Of a stretch of DNA of 64,000 bases, positions 38,663 to 51,292 are shown piece after piece (positions within the stretch are counted from its first letter, which is position 1; every line of letters starts with the position of its first letter). The stretch is taken from positions 173,476,001-173,540,000 of the forward strand of contig CM075978.1 of the NCBI GenBank assembly GCA_038087875.1. Reading direction: 5' to 3'. The notes beneath the pieces were generated by a model. It saw only the letters and a program-made list of their open reading frames with translations, ran no database searches and was not told the origin of the DNA. This stretch comes from Malacoraja senta (lineage: Eukaryota). The translations under genes were made by a program, and so were the position numbers.

Positions 38663-41444
38663 AATACCCTCAAAAGATATTTCAAGGCATTTTCTTACCG
38701 ACCTCAATGTAAGTGGACTTCCAGTGAAACCAGCTGCTTCAAAGTGCATTTGTGCTGACAGGCACATGTTCAAATGTTGAAGAATTTCTCAGATGGCTCA
38801 AACTTCGACCCCCTGTCCCAACCCATGTTTGTGCCACGGCCACAGAGCAAAAGTCAACAGCACAATGACAAGTCATTACTCCTGAAATAACACTCAAATG
38901 TAAGGCGATGACCATTCCAATGGATTGTTTTTTGTACCAACAGCTTGCTTGCTTCAGCCCCAATGTTCAGACCTTCCCTCACTTTGCATCAAATCATCCC
39001 CAAACCCTGTAGTCCCAAACATGGGCAGCTCACTCACTCGTTGCTTCCTCCTGCGACCTAACCCCAAACCTGGAGCTAATGCCCATTATCCGGTCTCGCT
39101 CTTTCCTACCCTTTCTTCCCTGCTCTTTCAATAGACAATAGATAATAGACAATAGGTGCAGGAGTAGGCCACTCGGACCTTCGAGCCAGCACCGCCATAC
39201 AATGTGATCATGACTGATCATCACCAATCAGTGCCCCTTTCCTTCCTTCTCCCCATATCCCCTGACTCCGCTATCTTTAAGAGCCCTATCTTGCTCTCTC
39301 TTGAAAGTATCCAGAGAACCGGCCTCCAACACCCTCTGAGGCAGAGAATTTCACAGACTCACAACTGTGTTTCTGCAGCCCGTCACTTAGAATCATGCTG
39401 ACACAGGCTCTTCAGCCTTTCAATATCTGTGCTATCTCTTTGGAATGGCCACATGGCAAACCCACTCACCACATCCTCATCCCCAATGCAATCCCCTCTC
39501 TGCTACGATTTATTGCATGAAAATTATGACTAAATGTCCATTAATCCCTTTTTCAAGCAGCAAATACCAGATCAAAACATGCCACTTAAAACAACTGATT
39601 CTTGTGGTGACACAAAAAACTGCAGATGCTGGAATCCTGAGCCAAAACACAAAGTGCTGGAGAAACTCAGCCAGTTAAGCAGCATATGTGGAGGACCAAC
39701 AAAGTTTCAGATCGTCTGAAGATGGGGCCCAACTCAAAATGTCATCTATTCCCTCCACAGATGCTGACTGAGCCGCTGAGTTCCTCCAGCACGCGATTCT
39801 TTTGACATTTAAACTGTTTCAGTTATCAGCCCAACGAGAGAAACTATTTATTTTTACCTGATCTATCATAGTTATCGAGCTAGGGAGCGTGAGAAAAGCC
39901 TTTCAGCCCAACTTGTCCACGCCAACCAAGTTGACATTCTGGGCAGGTCCTATTTGCTTGCGTTTGACCCAACCTTTCCTATCCATTATCACCCCAAATG
40001 TGTTTTGAATGTCATAATTGTATCCACTTCTATAGCTTTCTTTGGCAACTCATTCCAGATTATAACTACCATCCAAGTGACAATGATGCCCCTGAGGTCC
40101 ATTCTAAATCTCTCCCTTCTCACCATAAGCCTGCACTCTCTAGTCTTAGAATCCTCTACTCTAATGTAATATGATCTCACCCCACCAACAACCTTAATTG
40201 GAATTAAGTGCTGGTGTTGTTAAGGATTCCCTTCCCAGCCTTCAGTCACCCTTTTCTCACCATTGACACCGTGATATTTTTCTAACTGAGCATTGGACCT
40301 TGCAGCACACAGCAACAAAGCACTGGCAGCTCTGAAGAAATCACAAGCCAAGCAGAGGGGGAATAAAGTAGTTGTGCAGCATGGGATCAGGCCCTTCCAC
40401 CCACTTGATGCAGGCCGACCAAGTTGGCATCCTGGGCGAGTTCTATTTGCCTGCATTTCGCCCAGAGCCCTCTCAACCCTTCGGTCCATATATCTGTACA
40501 TGTAGATTACACCACAGAGCTTGCATTCTCCCAATACCATGAACCAAATGGCACTCCCTACATATCCATGCATCTGTCTAAAAGCCTCCTAAATCCCACT
40601 GTCGTTTCTGCCTCCACCACCACCCGACATGGCATTTCAGGTACCCACCACCCTTGCACTCTGGCCACTGGCACTGTACCTACCTGCTTCAAGCATGCGG
40701 TGGTCCAACCAATCCTGAAAAAAACTAACCTTGACCCCACCTGGCCAAGCAACTACAGACCCGTTTCTAAACTGCCTTTCCTCTCAAAAGCCCTTGAAAA
40801 GGTAATTTTAAGTCAACTTATACCTTACCTTCACCAAAACACTATCTTGGAAACTTTCCAATCAGGCTTCAGGGCTCACCATAGCACAGTGTGCCTTGTT
40901 GAAGGTACACAATGACCTACTGCTCACCGTTGACTCCGGCAACTGTGCAATTCTGCTCCTTCTTGACCTCAGCGCAGCATTTGATACTGTCGACCACACC
41001 ATCCTAATTGACCGTCTCCGGTATGGGGTTGGTATTGATAGCACTGCCCTGAGCTGGTTCATCTCCTACCTCAAAGGTAGGAGTTTCTCGACTAACATAG
41101 GCAACTCTTTCTCCTCCCCAGCTAATCTCTGCTGTGGGGTTCAACAAGGTTCCATCTTTGGCCCCATTCTCTTCTCCCTGTATATGCTCCCCTTAGGCCA
41201 AGTCATTGAAAGGCACGGCATTTCCTTCCATTGCTACGCAGACGATACACAACTCTATCTCCCCCTGAAGCCCAAAAACCACTCAAATCTGCTTAACCTT
41301 ACCCACTGCCTCGAGGATATAAAGTGTTGGATGGCCCAGAACTTCCTCCAACTAAACGAGAATAAGTCTGAGGTCATCCTTCTCGGCACCTCGGACTCAA
41401 TCAAAATGATAGCAGGCAGCCTTGGAAGCCTTACCCCACTACTT

Positions 41445-41785
41445 GGGACGACAGATGGCACAATGGGCTAAGTGTTCGGCTGGCAACCGGAAGGTAGCCG
41501 GTTCGAATCCCGCTTGGAGTGCATACTGTCGTTGTGTCCTTGGGCAAGACACTTCACCCACCTTTGCCTGCGTGTGAATGTGTGTGAGTGATTGGTGGTG
41601 TTCGGAGGGGCCGTAGGCGCAGATTAGCAGCCACGCTTCCATCAGTCTGCCCCAGGGCAGCTGTGGCTACAGAAGTAGCTCACCACCACCGAGTGTGACT
41701 GAGGAGTGAATGAATAATGCGATGTGAAGCGCCTTGAGTATTAGAAAGGCGCTATATAAATCCCATCCATTATTATTATTATTTT
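41445..41785 (+). mobile_element. tRNA-derived SINE2 with CORE-like domain and L2 tail (AFC-like)
   Basis: A-box TGGCACAATGGG, B-box GGTTCGAATCC, tgtgtccttgggcaagacactt core and gcgctatataaatcccatcc(att)n tail; interrupts L2 codons TPLL|KPQVK. Confidence 0.9.
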
Positions 41786-42431
41786 TACTCAAACCTCAAG
41801 TCAAAAACCTTGGCGTGATATTTGACTCAGCACTGAAATTTGACAAACAAGTCAATGGCGTGGTAAAAGCTAGCTTCTTTCAGCTTCGGACGACAGCTAA
41901 AATAAAACGATTCCTCCAGTTTGATGACCTCGAAAAGATCATCCACACATTCATCTCCTCCCGCCTAGATTACTGCAACTCCCTTTACACTGGCATCAGC
42001 CAATCTTTCCTGTCCCGCCTGCAACTGGTCCAAAACGCCGCAGCGAGACTCCTGACGGGCACCCGAAAAAGGGACCACATCACCCCGATCCTGGCCTCTC
42101 TCCACTGGTTCCCTGTGCGGTTCTGTATAAACTTCAAGATCCTCCTCCATGTCTACAAAGCCCTCAATGGGCTTGCCCCCACCTACATAAAAAGTCTTCT
42201 CACCCACCACTCCACCTCCAGACCCCTCAGATCGGCCGACTTGGGGTTGCTGAATATCCCATGGTCTAGGCATAAGCTCAGGGGCGACCGCGCCGTTGCA
42301 GCCCCCTAGACTGTGGAACAGCATCCCCTTTCCCATCAGAACTGCCCCCTCCATCGACTCTTTTAAGTCAAGACTAAAAACTTATCTATACTCCCAAGCC
42401 TTTCCTGACGTCCTCTGAGTGAGGGCTACAT

Positions 42432-45018
42432 GGTATTAGTAGTAAGCACAAGGTAGTCATTGTGGGAGATTTCAATTTTCCACACATAGACTGGGAAACA
42501 CATTCTGTAAATGGGCTGGATGGGTTGGAGTTTGTAAAATGTGTGCAGGATAGTTTTTTTGCAGCAATACATAGAAGTACCTACTAGAGAAGGGGCGGTG
42601 CTGGACCTCCTGTTAGGAAATGAGACGGGTCAGGTGGCAGAGGTATGCGTTGGGGAACAGTTCGGGACCAGTGATCACAATACCATTAGTTTCAATATAA
42701 TTATGGAGAGGGTCAGAACTGGACCTAGGGTTGAGATTTTTGATTGGAGAAAGGCTAACTTTGAGGAGATGCGAAAGGATTTAAAAGGAGTAAATTGGGA
42801 CAGTTTGTTTTATGGGAAAGATGTGGAAGAGAAATGGAAGACATTTAAAGGTAAAATTTTAAGAGTACAGAATCTTTATGTCCCTGTTCGGTTGAAAGGA
42901 AATAGTAAAAATTGGAAAGAGCCATGGTTTTCAAGGGAAATTGGACACTTAGTTTGGAAAAAGAGAGAGATCTACAATAATTATAGGCAGCATGGAGTAA
43001 ATGAGGTGCTTGAGGAGTATAAAAAATGTAAAAAGTGTCTTAAGAAAGAAATTAGAAAAGCTAAAAGATATGAGGTTGCTTTGGCAAGTAAGGTGAAAGT
43101 AAATCCAAAGGGTTTCTACAGCTATATTAATAGCAAAAGGATAACGAGGGATAAAATTGGTCCATTAGAGAGTCAGAGTGGACAGCTATCTGCAGAGCCA
43201 AAAGAGATGGGGGAGATATTGAACAATTTATTTTCTTCGGTATTCACCAAGGAGAAGGATATTGAATTATGTGAGGTAAGGGAAACAAGTAGAGTAGCTA
43301 TGGAAACTATGAGATTCAAAGAAGAGGAAGTACTGACACTTTTGAGAAATATAAAAGTGGATAAGTCTCCAGGTCCGGACAGGATATTCCCTAGGACATT
43401 GAGGGAAGGTTAGTGTAGAAATAGCAGGGGCTATGACAGAAATATTTCAAATGTCATTGGAAACGGCAATAGTGCCGGAGGATTGGCGTACTGCGCATGT
43501 TGTTCCATTGTTTAAAAAGGGGTCTAAGAGTAAACCTAGCAATTATAGACCTGTTAGTTTGACGTCAGTGGTGGGCAAATTAATGGAAAGGATACTTAGA
43601 GATAATATATATAAGCATCTGGATAAACAGGGGCTGATTAGGAACAGTCAACATGGATTTGTGCCTGGAAGGTCATGTTTGACTAATCTTCTTGAATTTT
43701 TTGAAGAGGTTACTCGGGAAATTGATGATTGTAAAGCCGTGGATGTTGTATATATGGACTTCAGTAAGGCCTTTGACAAGGGTCCTCACGGAAGGTTAGT
43801 TAAGAAGGTTCAATGGTTGGGTATTAATGGTGGAGTAGCAAGATGCATTCAACAGTGGCTGAATGGGAGATGCCAGAGAGTAATGGTGGATGGTTGTTTG
43901 TCAGGTTGGAGGCCAGTGACTAGTGGGGTGCCACAGGGATCTGTGTTGGGTCCACTGTTGTTTTTTCAAGAATCAAGTCAAGAATCAAGTTTCCTTTATT
44001 GTCATTCAGACCTTTCGGTCTGAACGAAATTGTGATTTCGTTTGTCATGTACATCAATGATCTGGATGATGGTGTGGTAAATTGGATTAGTAAGTATGTA
44101 GATGATACTAAGATAGGTGGGGCTGTGGATAATGAAGTAGATTTTCAAAGTCTAGAGAGAGATTTATGCCGGTTGGAAGAGTGGGCTGAAAGATGGCAGA
44201 TGGAGTTTAATGCGGATAAGTGTGAGGTGCTACATCTTGGCAGGACAAATCAAAATAGGACGTACATGGTAAATGGTAGGGAATTGAAGAATGCAGGTGA
44301 ACAGAGGGATCTTGGAATAACTGTACACAGTTCCCTGAAAGTGGAATCTCATGTAGATAGGGTGGTAAAGAAAGCTTTTGGTGTGCTGGCTTTTATAAAT
44401 CAGAGCATTGAGTATAGAAGTTGGGATGTAATGTTAAAATTGTACAAGGCATTGGTGAGGCCAATTCTGGAGTATGGTGTACAATTTTGGTCGCCTAATT
44501 ATAGGAAGGATGTCAACAAAATAGACAGAGTACAGAGGAGATTTACTAGAATGTTGCCTGGGTTTCAGCAACTAAGTTACAGAGAAAGGTTGAACAAGTT
44601 AGGGCTTTATTCTTTGGAGCGCAGAAGGTTAAGGGGGGACTTGATAGAGGTCTTTAAAATGATGAGAGGGATAGACAGAGTTGACGTGGATAAGCTTTTC
44701 CCACTGAGAGTAGGGAAGATTCAAACAAGGGGACATGACTTGAGAATTAAGGGACAGAAGTTTAGGGGTAACATGAGGGGGAACTTCTTTACTCAGAGAG
44801 TGGTGGCTGTGTGGAATGAGCTTCCAGTGAAGGTGGTGGAGGCAGGTTCGTTTTTATCATTTAAAAATAAATTGGATAGTTATATGGACGGGAAAGGAAT
44901 GGAGGGTTATGGTCTGAGCGCAGGTATATGGGACTAGGGGAGAATACGTGTTCGGCACGGACTAGAAGGGTCGAGATGGCCTGTTTCCGTGCTGTAATTG
45001 TTATATGGTTATATGGTT
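42432..45018 (+). mobile_element. Young 5'-truncated CR1 (HER1-like) LINE ORF2 (partial EN and RT)
   Basis: VIVGDFNFPHIDW, SDHN, KSPGPD, NYRPVSLTS, DFSKAFDK, GVPQGSVLGP and KYVDDTK; (ttatatgg)n tail; few disablements (ORFs 42541-43413, 43433-44023, 43999-44937). Confidence 0.96.
43964..44039 (-). mobile_element. Extremely truncated Rex/Babar-type LINE 3' end (stem-loop plus tail)
   Basis: Interrupts CR1 PLLF|VMYIND; minus strand ttcagacc-GAAA-ggtctgaa hairpin, then tgacaataaa and cttgatt-type repeats. Confidence 0.75.
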
Positions 45019-46301
45019 ATATATGTATGTAGTTTGTTTTGTTTATGCTATTCTTATAACAAATGTAAAGCACTTTGGCCAACGAGAGTTGTTTTTTAAA
45101 TGTGCTATATAAATAAATGTGACTTAACGACTTGACTTGCACGTCTCCTGGAATCTTTCCCCCTCTCACCTTTAAGCTGTGCTCTCTAGTCTTTGACATA
45201 TCTATCCTTGGAAAAAGACCGCCTGCTCTATCTATACCTCGTAATTTTATGAATTGTAGGATTCAAAGATCCCCCAGTGATTCCACCAACCTCGTGGACA
45301 AGGGGAGTTTGAAAATCTACAGGACGAAGCAATCAACAGCTCTAATCTGCATTTGGCACATGCCAGGCCCTGTATCACTTGACAGCAAGATTAATTATTT
45401 TATCAGTAACCGACAGCAGCAAAAGCAGCCCGAGTGTTTCACTGACTGCCCCGCCCAGCTCTGACAATCACACACATCTGCACAACACTTGGACACTTTA
45501 CAAACCCAGCGCGAGAGAATACTGCGCAACAACTTATCTGTGACACAACTGCTGGAGCAACTTGGCGGGTCCCCGAAACGTCACCCATCCATGTTCTTCA
45601 GAGATGTTGCCTGAACCGCTGAGTTAGTCCAGCACTTTGTGTCTTTTTATGTAAACCAGCTTCTGCAGTTCCTTGTTTCTAACTTTTCTGTGACTTTGTC
45701 TTGCTTTAAAACCCCGTGAGAAAACAATCCAATCACAAAACCATCTGTGACAGGGCTTTGAGAAATGCACAGTGCGTTGCCAGGCTGTGCAACTTGTTGC
45801 TGTCTGCAGACCAAGCACACAACTGTTCAAAGACACCCTCCTTCAGTTACACACACTCTCCATCAACCAGCGCAGTAACACTATGGATCAAGATGAAACC
45901 GGCTGATATACATGCACATCGCAATGTTTTCAAGCCACAGAAGTTAATTATTGCACAAACGAAAATAAAAGTAAATATCAACTTGTAAAAACAACACAAA
46001 GGGAGGATTTTGGAACATCTGATCTTTCGTTCCAACTTACAACGATCCTCTGTAAATCCCTCCGATAGCTACTGAAATCAAACGGTCCCATCAGTTACTG
46101 AACTAGAGACACGAGGGACTGCAGGCGCTGAAACCTGAGCCAAGCAAAGTGCTGGACGAACTCAATGGGTCAGGCTGCATCGGCGGAGGGAATGGACAGG
46201 TGACAGTTTGGGTCAGGAGCATTCTTAAGACTGAGGGAATGAATAGGCGATGTTTTTGGTGGGACTCATGCAATGCGGAAACAGGCCCTTCAAATTACAA
46301 T

Positions 46302-46704
46302 ATCCTAATAGATAAATTTGACCAATTCACAACGAGTCGTCTTTTTGGAATCATATGGTGCAACACAATTGTAAAAGCTAACTCGTGACTGGGCGAGGGA
46401 TGGTCAAGATTATAAATAAGATCTCCTTACTTCTTTTTTCTTTTTCTTCCCTTTTCTTCTTTTATTCTCTTTTTCCTATTTTGTATTCTTTAACTTTCTT
46501 CTTTCACTCTCTATTTTTCTTTTCCACACACTATATCTCACATTTTTCTATTTTTCATTATCTAACTTATTTTTCTTTTTCTTCTTTATTATAAAAATTA
46601 AAAAAATAAGAAGCTGTACATAAAATGTATTATGAAAATATGATTGTATACAATTGTACTTACTTCTAATAAATAAAAACATTAAAAACAATTTTTTTTT
46701 TTTA
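46302..46704 (+). mobile_element. Probable L1-type LINE 3' end with 75-bp TSD
   Basis: Short coding-like end, T-rich UTR, AATAAA and A-rich tail; flanked by 46227-46301 and 46705-46779 (one mismatch); site TT|AAGA. Confidence 0.7.
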
Positions 46705-46759
46705 AAGACTGAGGGAATGAATAGGTGATGTTTTTGGTGGGACTCATGCAATGCGGAAA

Positions 46760-46971
46760 CAGGCCCTTCAAATTACAATTTTACCGAAGCAAATTAACCT
46801 AAAATCCTGTAGGTCTTTGGAGTGTGGGAGGAGTCCAGAGAAAACCGATGAGATCACAGGGAGAACGTACAAACTCCATTTAGTTAGTTTATAGAGGGCC
46901 AAATAACCAGGATCGAACCTGGGTCTCCGGTGCTGTAAGGCAGCAACTCTACTGCTGAGCCACTGTGCCGC
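46760..46971 (-). mobile_element. V-SINE
   Basis: Reverse complement of the SINE head and V-domain. Confidence 0.75.
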
Positions 46972-47569
46972 ATTTCTTTTTTTTTTAAACTGCGAAACAA
47001 TACATGCAGTTCAATTAACTTCCTTTCATAGAATAATTAAGGAATGTTGCACTGCCAGAGGTGCTGGGTTTCCGAGTAGACACCACAAGGAAAAGGTTGT
47101 AACTAGGTATGAGGTTAATAGCTGCTGGCCTTTCCAGTGATGTCCACGTCCCTTCCTTGAATAACGGCAAGGGCTAGGGTCAGGTAAAGCAGTAAAACCG
47201 AAGAGCTGGCAGATTTCTAACGTGTTTATCCCCCAACCATCACTAAAACAAACGGATAAGGCAAAATCCCCCCCCAGAGAATGAGGTAACAATGTAGGTC
47301 AAAAGTCTCAGGAAGGGTTATCTGTTCAAATTGTAGCTTAAAGGTTATCAGTACAAATTGGAGGTTAGCTGAAATGTTAACTGTTTCTCTCTCCACACTA
47401 ACTGCCTGACCTGACAACGCCAGCATGTTCCGTGATACCTCTTCTCTTTAGACTTGAGATACAGCGCGGAAACGGGCCCTTTGGCCCACCAAGTCCACGC
47501 CGAACAACTAACCCAATAAAATTAATCAAGATACTTCAGAGGAGCCAGCATAAACAGCGGCAAGCAACA

Positions 47570-47857
47570 GCTGTTACCCCACTGTGCCAGAGACCCAGGT
47601 TTGATCCTGACCCCTGCCGTCTGTGTGGAGTTTGCATGTTCTCCCTGTGAATGCGCAGGTTTCCTCTGGGTGGTCTAGTTTCCTCCCACATCCCAAAGAC
47701 GTGCGGGTTTGTGGGTTATTTGGCCCTCTATAAATTGCCCCTAGTGTGTAGGGAGTGGATGAAAAAGTGGGATAACATTGAACCATAGATCGATGATCGG
47801 CATGGACTCGGTGGGTCGAAGGGCTTCTTTCCATGCTGTATCTCTAAACTAAACTAA
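47570..47857 (+). mobile_element. V-SINE
   Basis: Head remnant, V-domain and ctctaaactaaactaaa tail. Confidence 0.8.
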
Positions 47858-49849
47858 AAAGGAAAAGAATTGGAGGAATGCAGTGGAGGAGGATTTCAAA
47901 GACCGAAACTCTGTAAAGTAAGAACTTGTGGTGGTTACTGAGCAACCAAATCAAATAGGACTTGCCCGTGATTAAAGAAACAAACACAATGGTTTTGATG
48001 AGACTCAGATTACAACAGAATGTGAGGCTCCAAAGCACCAGAAACCTTTTATCTGAATAAAGCTTGTCCATGCTGTTTTCTATGGAGAACAGATGTTGAA
48101 AGCAGTATTCCCTCAGACTGCAGAAATGTAACGCTGATCAATCGTCAAATTTTACTGTAACTTCACTCGTTCCCCATGCAAGCCTTCGACGAATTGTCAA
48201 ACATCCCTCTGCCTCCACAGATGCCGCCTGACCCGTCGAGTTCCTCCAGCAGTTTAGAGACACAAGGAACTGCAAATGCTGGAATTGTGAGTAAAACACA
48301 AATTGCCGGATGAACTTAGTGCATCAGACAGCAGCTGTGGAGGGAATAGACAGACGACCTTTCAGGTCGCGACCCTTCTTCACCTGAAACATCGTCTGTC
48401 CATTCCCTGCTGAGTTCTTCCAACACTGTTTTCCTCCAGCAGCTATTTTGCTGGAGAGCAGCATCGGTGATCTCTTGTGTCTCTTATTTTAGAATGTCCA
48501 CATAGCCCCTCAGTGTTGTTCCACCATCTGCAGGCTGTGAACTTCAGCATCACTCTGGGCCAGGCTGACCCCACATCATCGACCCAGTGCCGCCGGAAGC
48601 GACGTTGGCCAATCGATTTCTGACAGCCATGAACATTTGCCCCATGCCACCCGAGACTGAGATGGTACATACGCCGAGTCTCCCACTGTAGCACGGTGAC
48701 CACTGCTGCCTTTGATGCGATGGCCATCCGCAGAGAGCAGCAGCTCAACTCTTCACAGAGAAGTCCCAGCCCCAGCTCTACTTACTCTATACTCAGGACT
48801 GTGTAGCTGGACACAGTTCCAACTCCATCTTCAAATTCACCAACGACACCAGTTTGATGAATTGCGAATGACGAGTATAAGGAGAGAGATCGATCGACTG
48901 ACCAAATAGTGCCAGAACAACCTTGCTCTCAACGTCAGTAAACCCAAGGAACTGATTGTTGACTTTAGAAGAGGAAGGCAGAGGATCTACAAACTTGTCT
49001 TCATCGATAGAATGGTGGTGGAATAAAAAGCTTCAAATTCCTGGGCGTGCATACACTGCCCAGTCTACCACGGGTACTGACCCCCCCTCCATCAAAGGGA
49101 TCTACATGAGCTGCTGCCTCAACAAGGAAGCCAGCAAAGGAAGCCATTGTTCAGTGTGGGACATATGACATTAAAACACTCTTGCCTCGACTCCCCACTG
49201 ATCGAGGGTGTGGGAGGACAGTGAGATTGACGATCCAGCTCAGGCAAAGCCAGGCACACAACGGCATAGGGCACTGCTCCCAGCAGCCGCTCATATCCAC
49301 CCCAATGAGTGGTAAGTACCAAGCAGACGGCACAAGCTTTAGATGAGCAATTACACACAGAGCTATTAATGCACTTCAGAGATGGACAAATGACTTCCCA
49401 GCAACCATCCGGCTCTTGAATCATACAAACTAATCCCAGCAACTCTTCTGTTGGCAGTGCCTTTGGTCGCATTACAGATAACCTTCATTATTACGGACCA
49501 TGGGGGGGGGGGATCTGTTATTGCCGATTATCCGCAATAACCGAATAAGTGAGTCACTCCAACCACCTTTCAGTCTCTCGGTGAAACACCGTTGCTTTCA
49601 AATACAAAGTTCTGTTTAACACCTAAAAATTGAGTTTGGTTACTGCAAGCTAAAAATAAGCAAGGCTGTTTGTTGCATTGTTTTATAGAGTATCTGCACA
49701 AATGTTGACTGAAGCAATATGACCAAAATGTCATTTGTCCATTCCCTCCACAGATGCTGCCTGACCTGTTGAGTTCCTCCAGCACTTTGTTTTGCTCAAG
49801 ATTCCAGCGTTTGTGGTGTCTTGTCAATTCTGAACATCAGTTTTAACTA

Positions 49850-50038
49850 CAGCTGCTTCTTGACCTACGATGGGGTTACATTCCGATAAACCCAATGTAA
49901 AAATAAATTATCGCAAGTGGAAAACGCATTGCGATACATTGCGATCACGTGACCGGACGTGACGTGCGGCTCGCCGCCTTTGCCAATCATAAAGTTGAAA
50001 TATCGCAAGTCAAAGCATCGTAAATCGGGGAGCATCTG
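49850..50038. mobile_element. Tigger/pogo-type MITE (MER47-like termini)
   Basis: TIRs CAGCTGCTTCTTGACCTACGATG / CATCGTAAATCGGGGAGCATCTG with TA on both sides. Confidence 0.85.
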
Positions 50039-50747
50039 TACTCATGTGAGAAATGGTACGGCAGACAGTGCAGCGCTCCCAACCCTGCTGGTCTGGAGTG
50101 TCGGCCTTCGGATTATGCCGCTGGACATGAAGCAAGCACCTGGGGCAGAGGAATGCCCAGTCACACCAGCTGCTCCTCACTGGCACCCAATCACTGCCCC
50201 TGAGGCTCGTTGCACCTATCCTCCAGCGATCAGCCCTCAAACTTTAGACGTGTCTGGTAACACTGCCCACCTCGTATGTTGAGGAGCAAGCCTGGACATT
50301 GGTTACAGCACACATCCCCTGCAGAGAACACCAGGCCAAAGGCACCGTCCTGTTCAACAATATTCTACGGTATTTTTATGAGGTTTGGAATTTATTAGCA
50401 AAACTTTCCACTGTGGGAATGGCAAAGGTACTGCTAAATCACTTGTATAAACACAGACGCTGGCATGTGTCCTGCCCCTGACTTTCCACAGCCAGAGGAC
50501 AGTACCCACTTAGCTCTGGCTCCCGTCCACGGCGACCTGTCACAATCCGCGCCTTTAATGTCAAGGAGGTTCCCCGCACAAGGTTAGGGTTCATAGAGCA
50601 TGGAGCGAGAGTCAAGAGTGTTTCATTGTCATATGTACCGACAACAGAACAATTAAATTCTCACTTGCTGCAGTTTAACAAGCCCATAAAAACAATAAAT
50701 CGCAAATATATAACAATCTAACATTCAATTAATGACTGTAATAGTAA

Positions 50748-51045
50748 GTGGCAGCACAGTGGTGCAGCAGTAGAGTTGCTGCCTTACTGGGCCAGAGACC
50801 CGTGTTCAGCCCTAACTATGAGTGCCGTCTGTACGGAGTTTATACGTTCGCCCCGTGACTGCATGGGTTTACTGCGGGTTCTCCAGTTTCCTCCCACACC
50901 CCTAACATATACAGGTTTGTAGGTTAATTGGCTTTGGTAAAATTGTACATTTTCCCTCGTGTGTAGGGTGCTAGTATACGTGGATTGCTGTTCGACACGG
51001 TGGGCCGAAGGGCCTGTTTGCACGCTGCATCACTAAACAAAACTA
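50748..51045 (+). mobile_element. V-SINE inserted into a minus-strand Rex-Babar remnant
   Basis: Full head, V-domain and tail; Rex pieces at 50610-50745, 51045-51200 and 52445-52640. Confidence 0.85.
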
Positions 51046-51292
51046 TATAACCATAATAGTGCGCAGTCGAGGTCGATAGAGCAACCAAGGACACAGTCCA
51101 TTGACATTCACAGTCATTGACGTTAGTGTTGTGCAGTGTTCAAGACCCTGATGGTTACTGGGAAGAAGCTGGTCTTGAACCTGCAGGTCATGGTTTTCAG
51201 GCTCAATAGACAATAGGTGCAGGAGTAGGCCATTCACCCATTCGAGCCAGCACCGCCATTCACTGTGATCATGGCTGATCATCCACAATCAG

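Larger units (their letters stand above)
40656..45140 (+). mobile_element. 5'-truncated L2 LINE (RT to 3' tail), split by SINE and CR1 insertions
   Basis: NYRPVSKLPFLSKALEK, LLLLDLSAAFDTVDH, HCYADDTQLY, SRLDYCNSL and LQLVQNAAARLL...HITPILASLHW; the 3' tail resumes at about 45020-45140. Confidence 0.92.

Noticed and set aside
41445-41520. tRNA gene (and similar heads at 3048, 15296, 17878, 50748)
   Set aside because: These are SINE heads followed by SINE bodies and LINE tails; there is no complete cloverleaf or Pol III terminator.
42541-44937. Active CR1 or host RT gene
   Set aside because: 5'-truncated, frameshifted and interrupted by an insertion.
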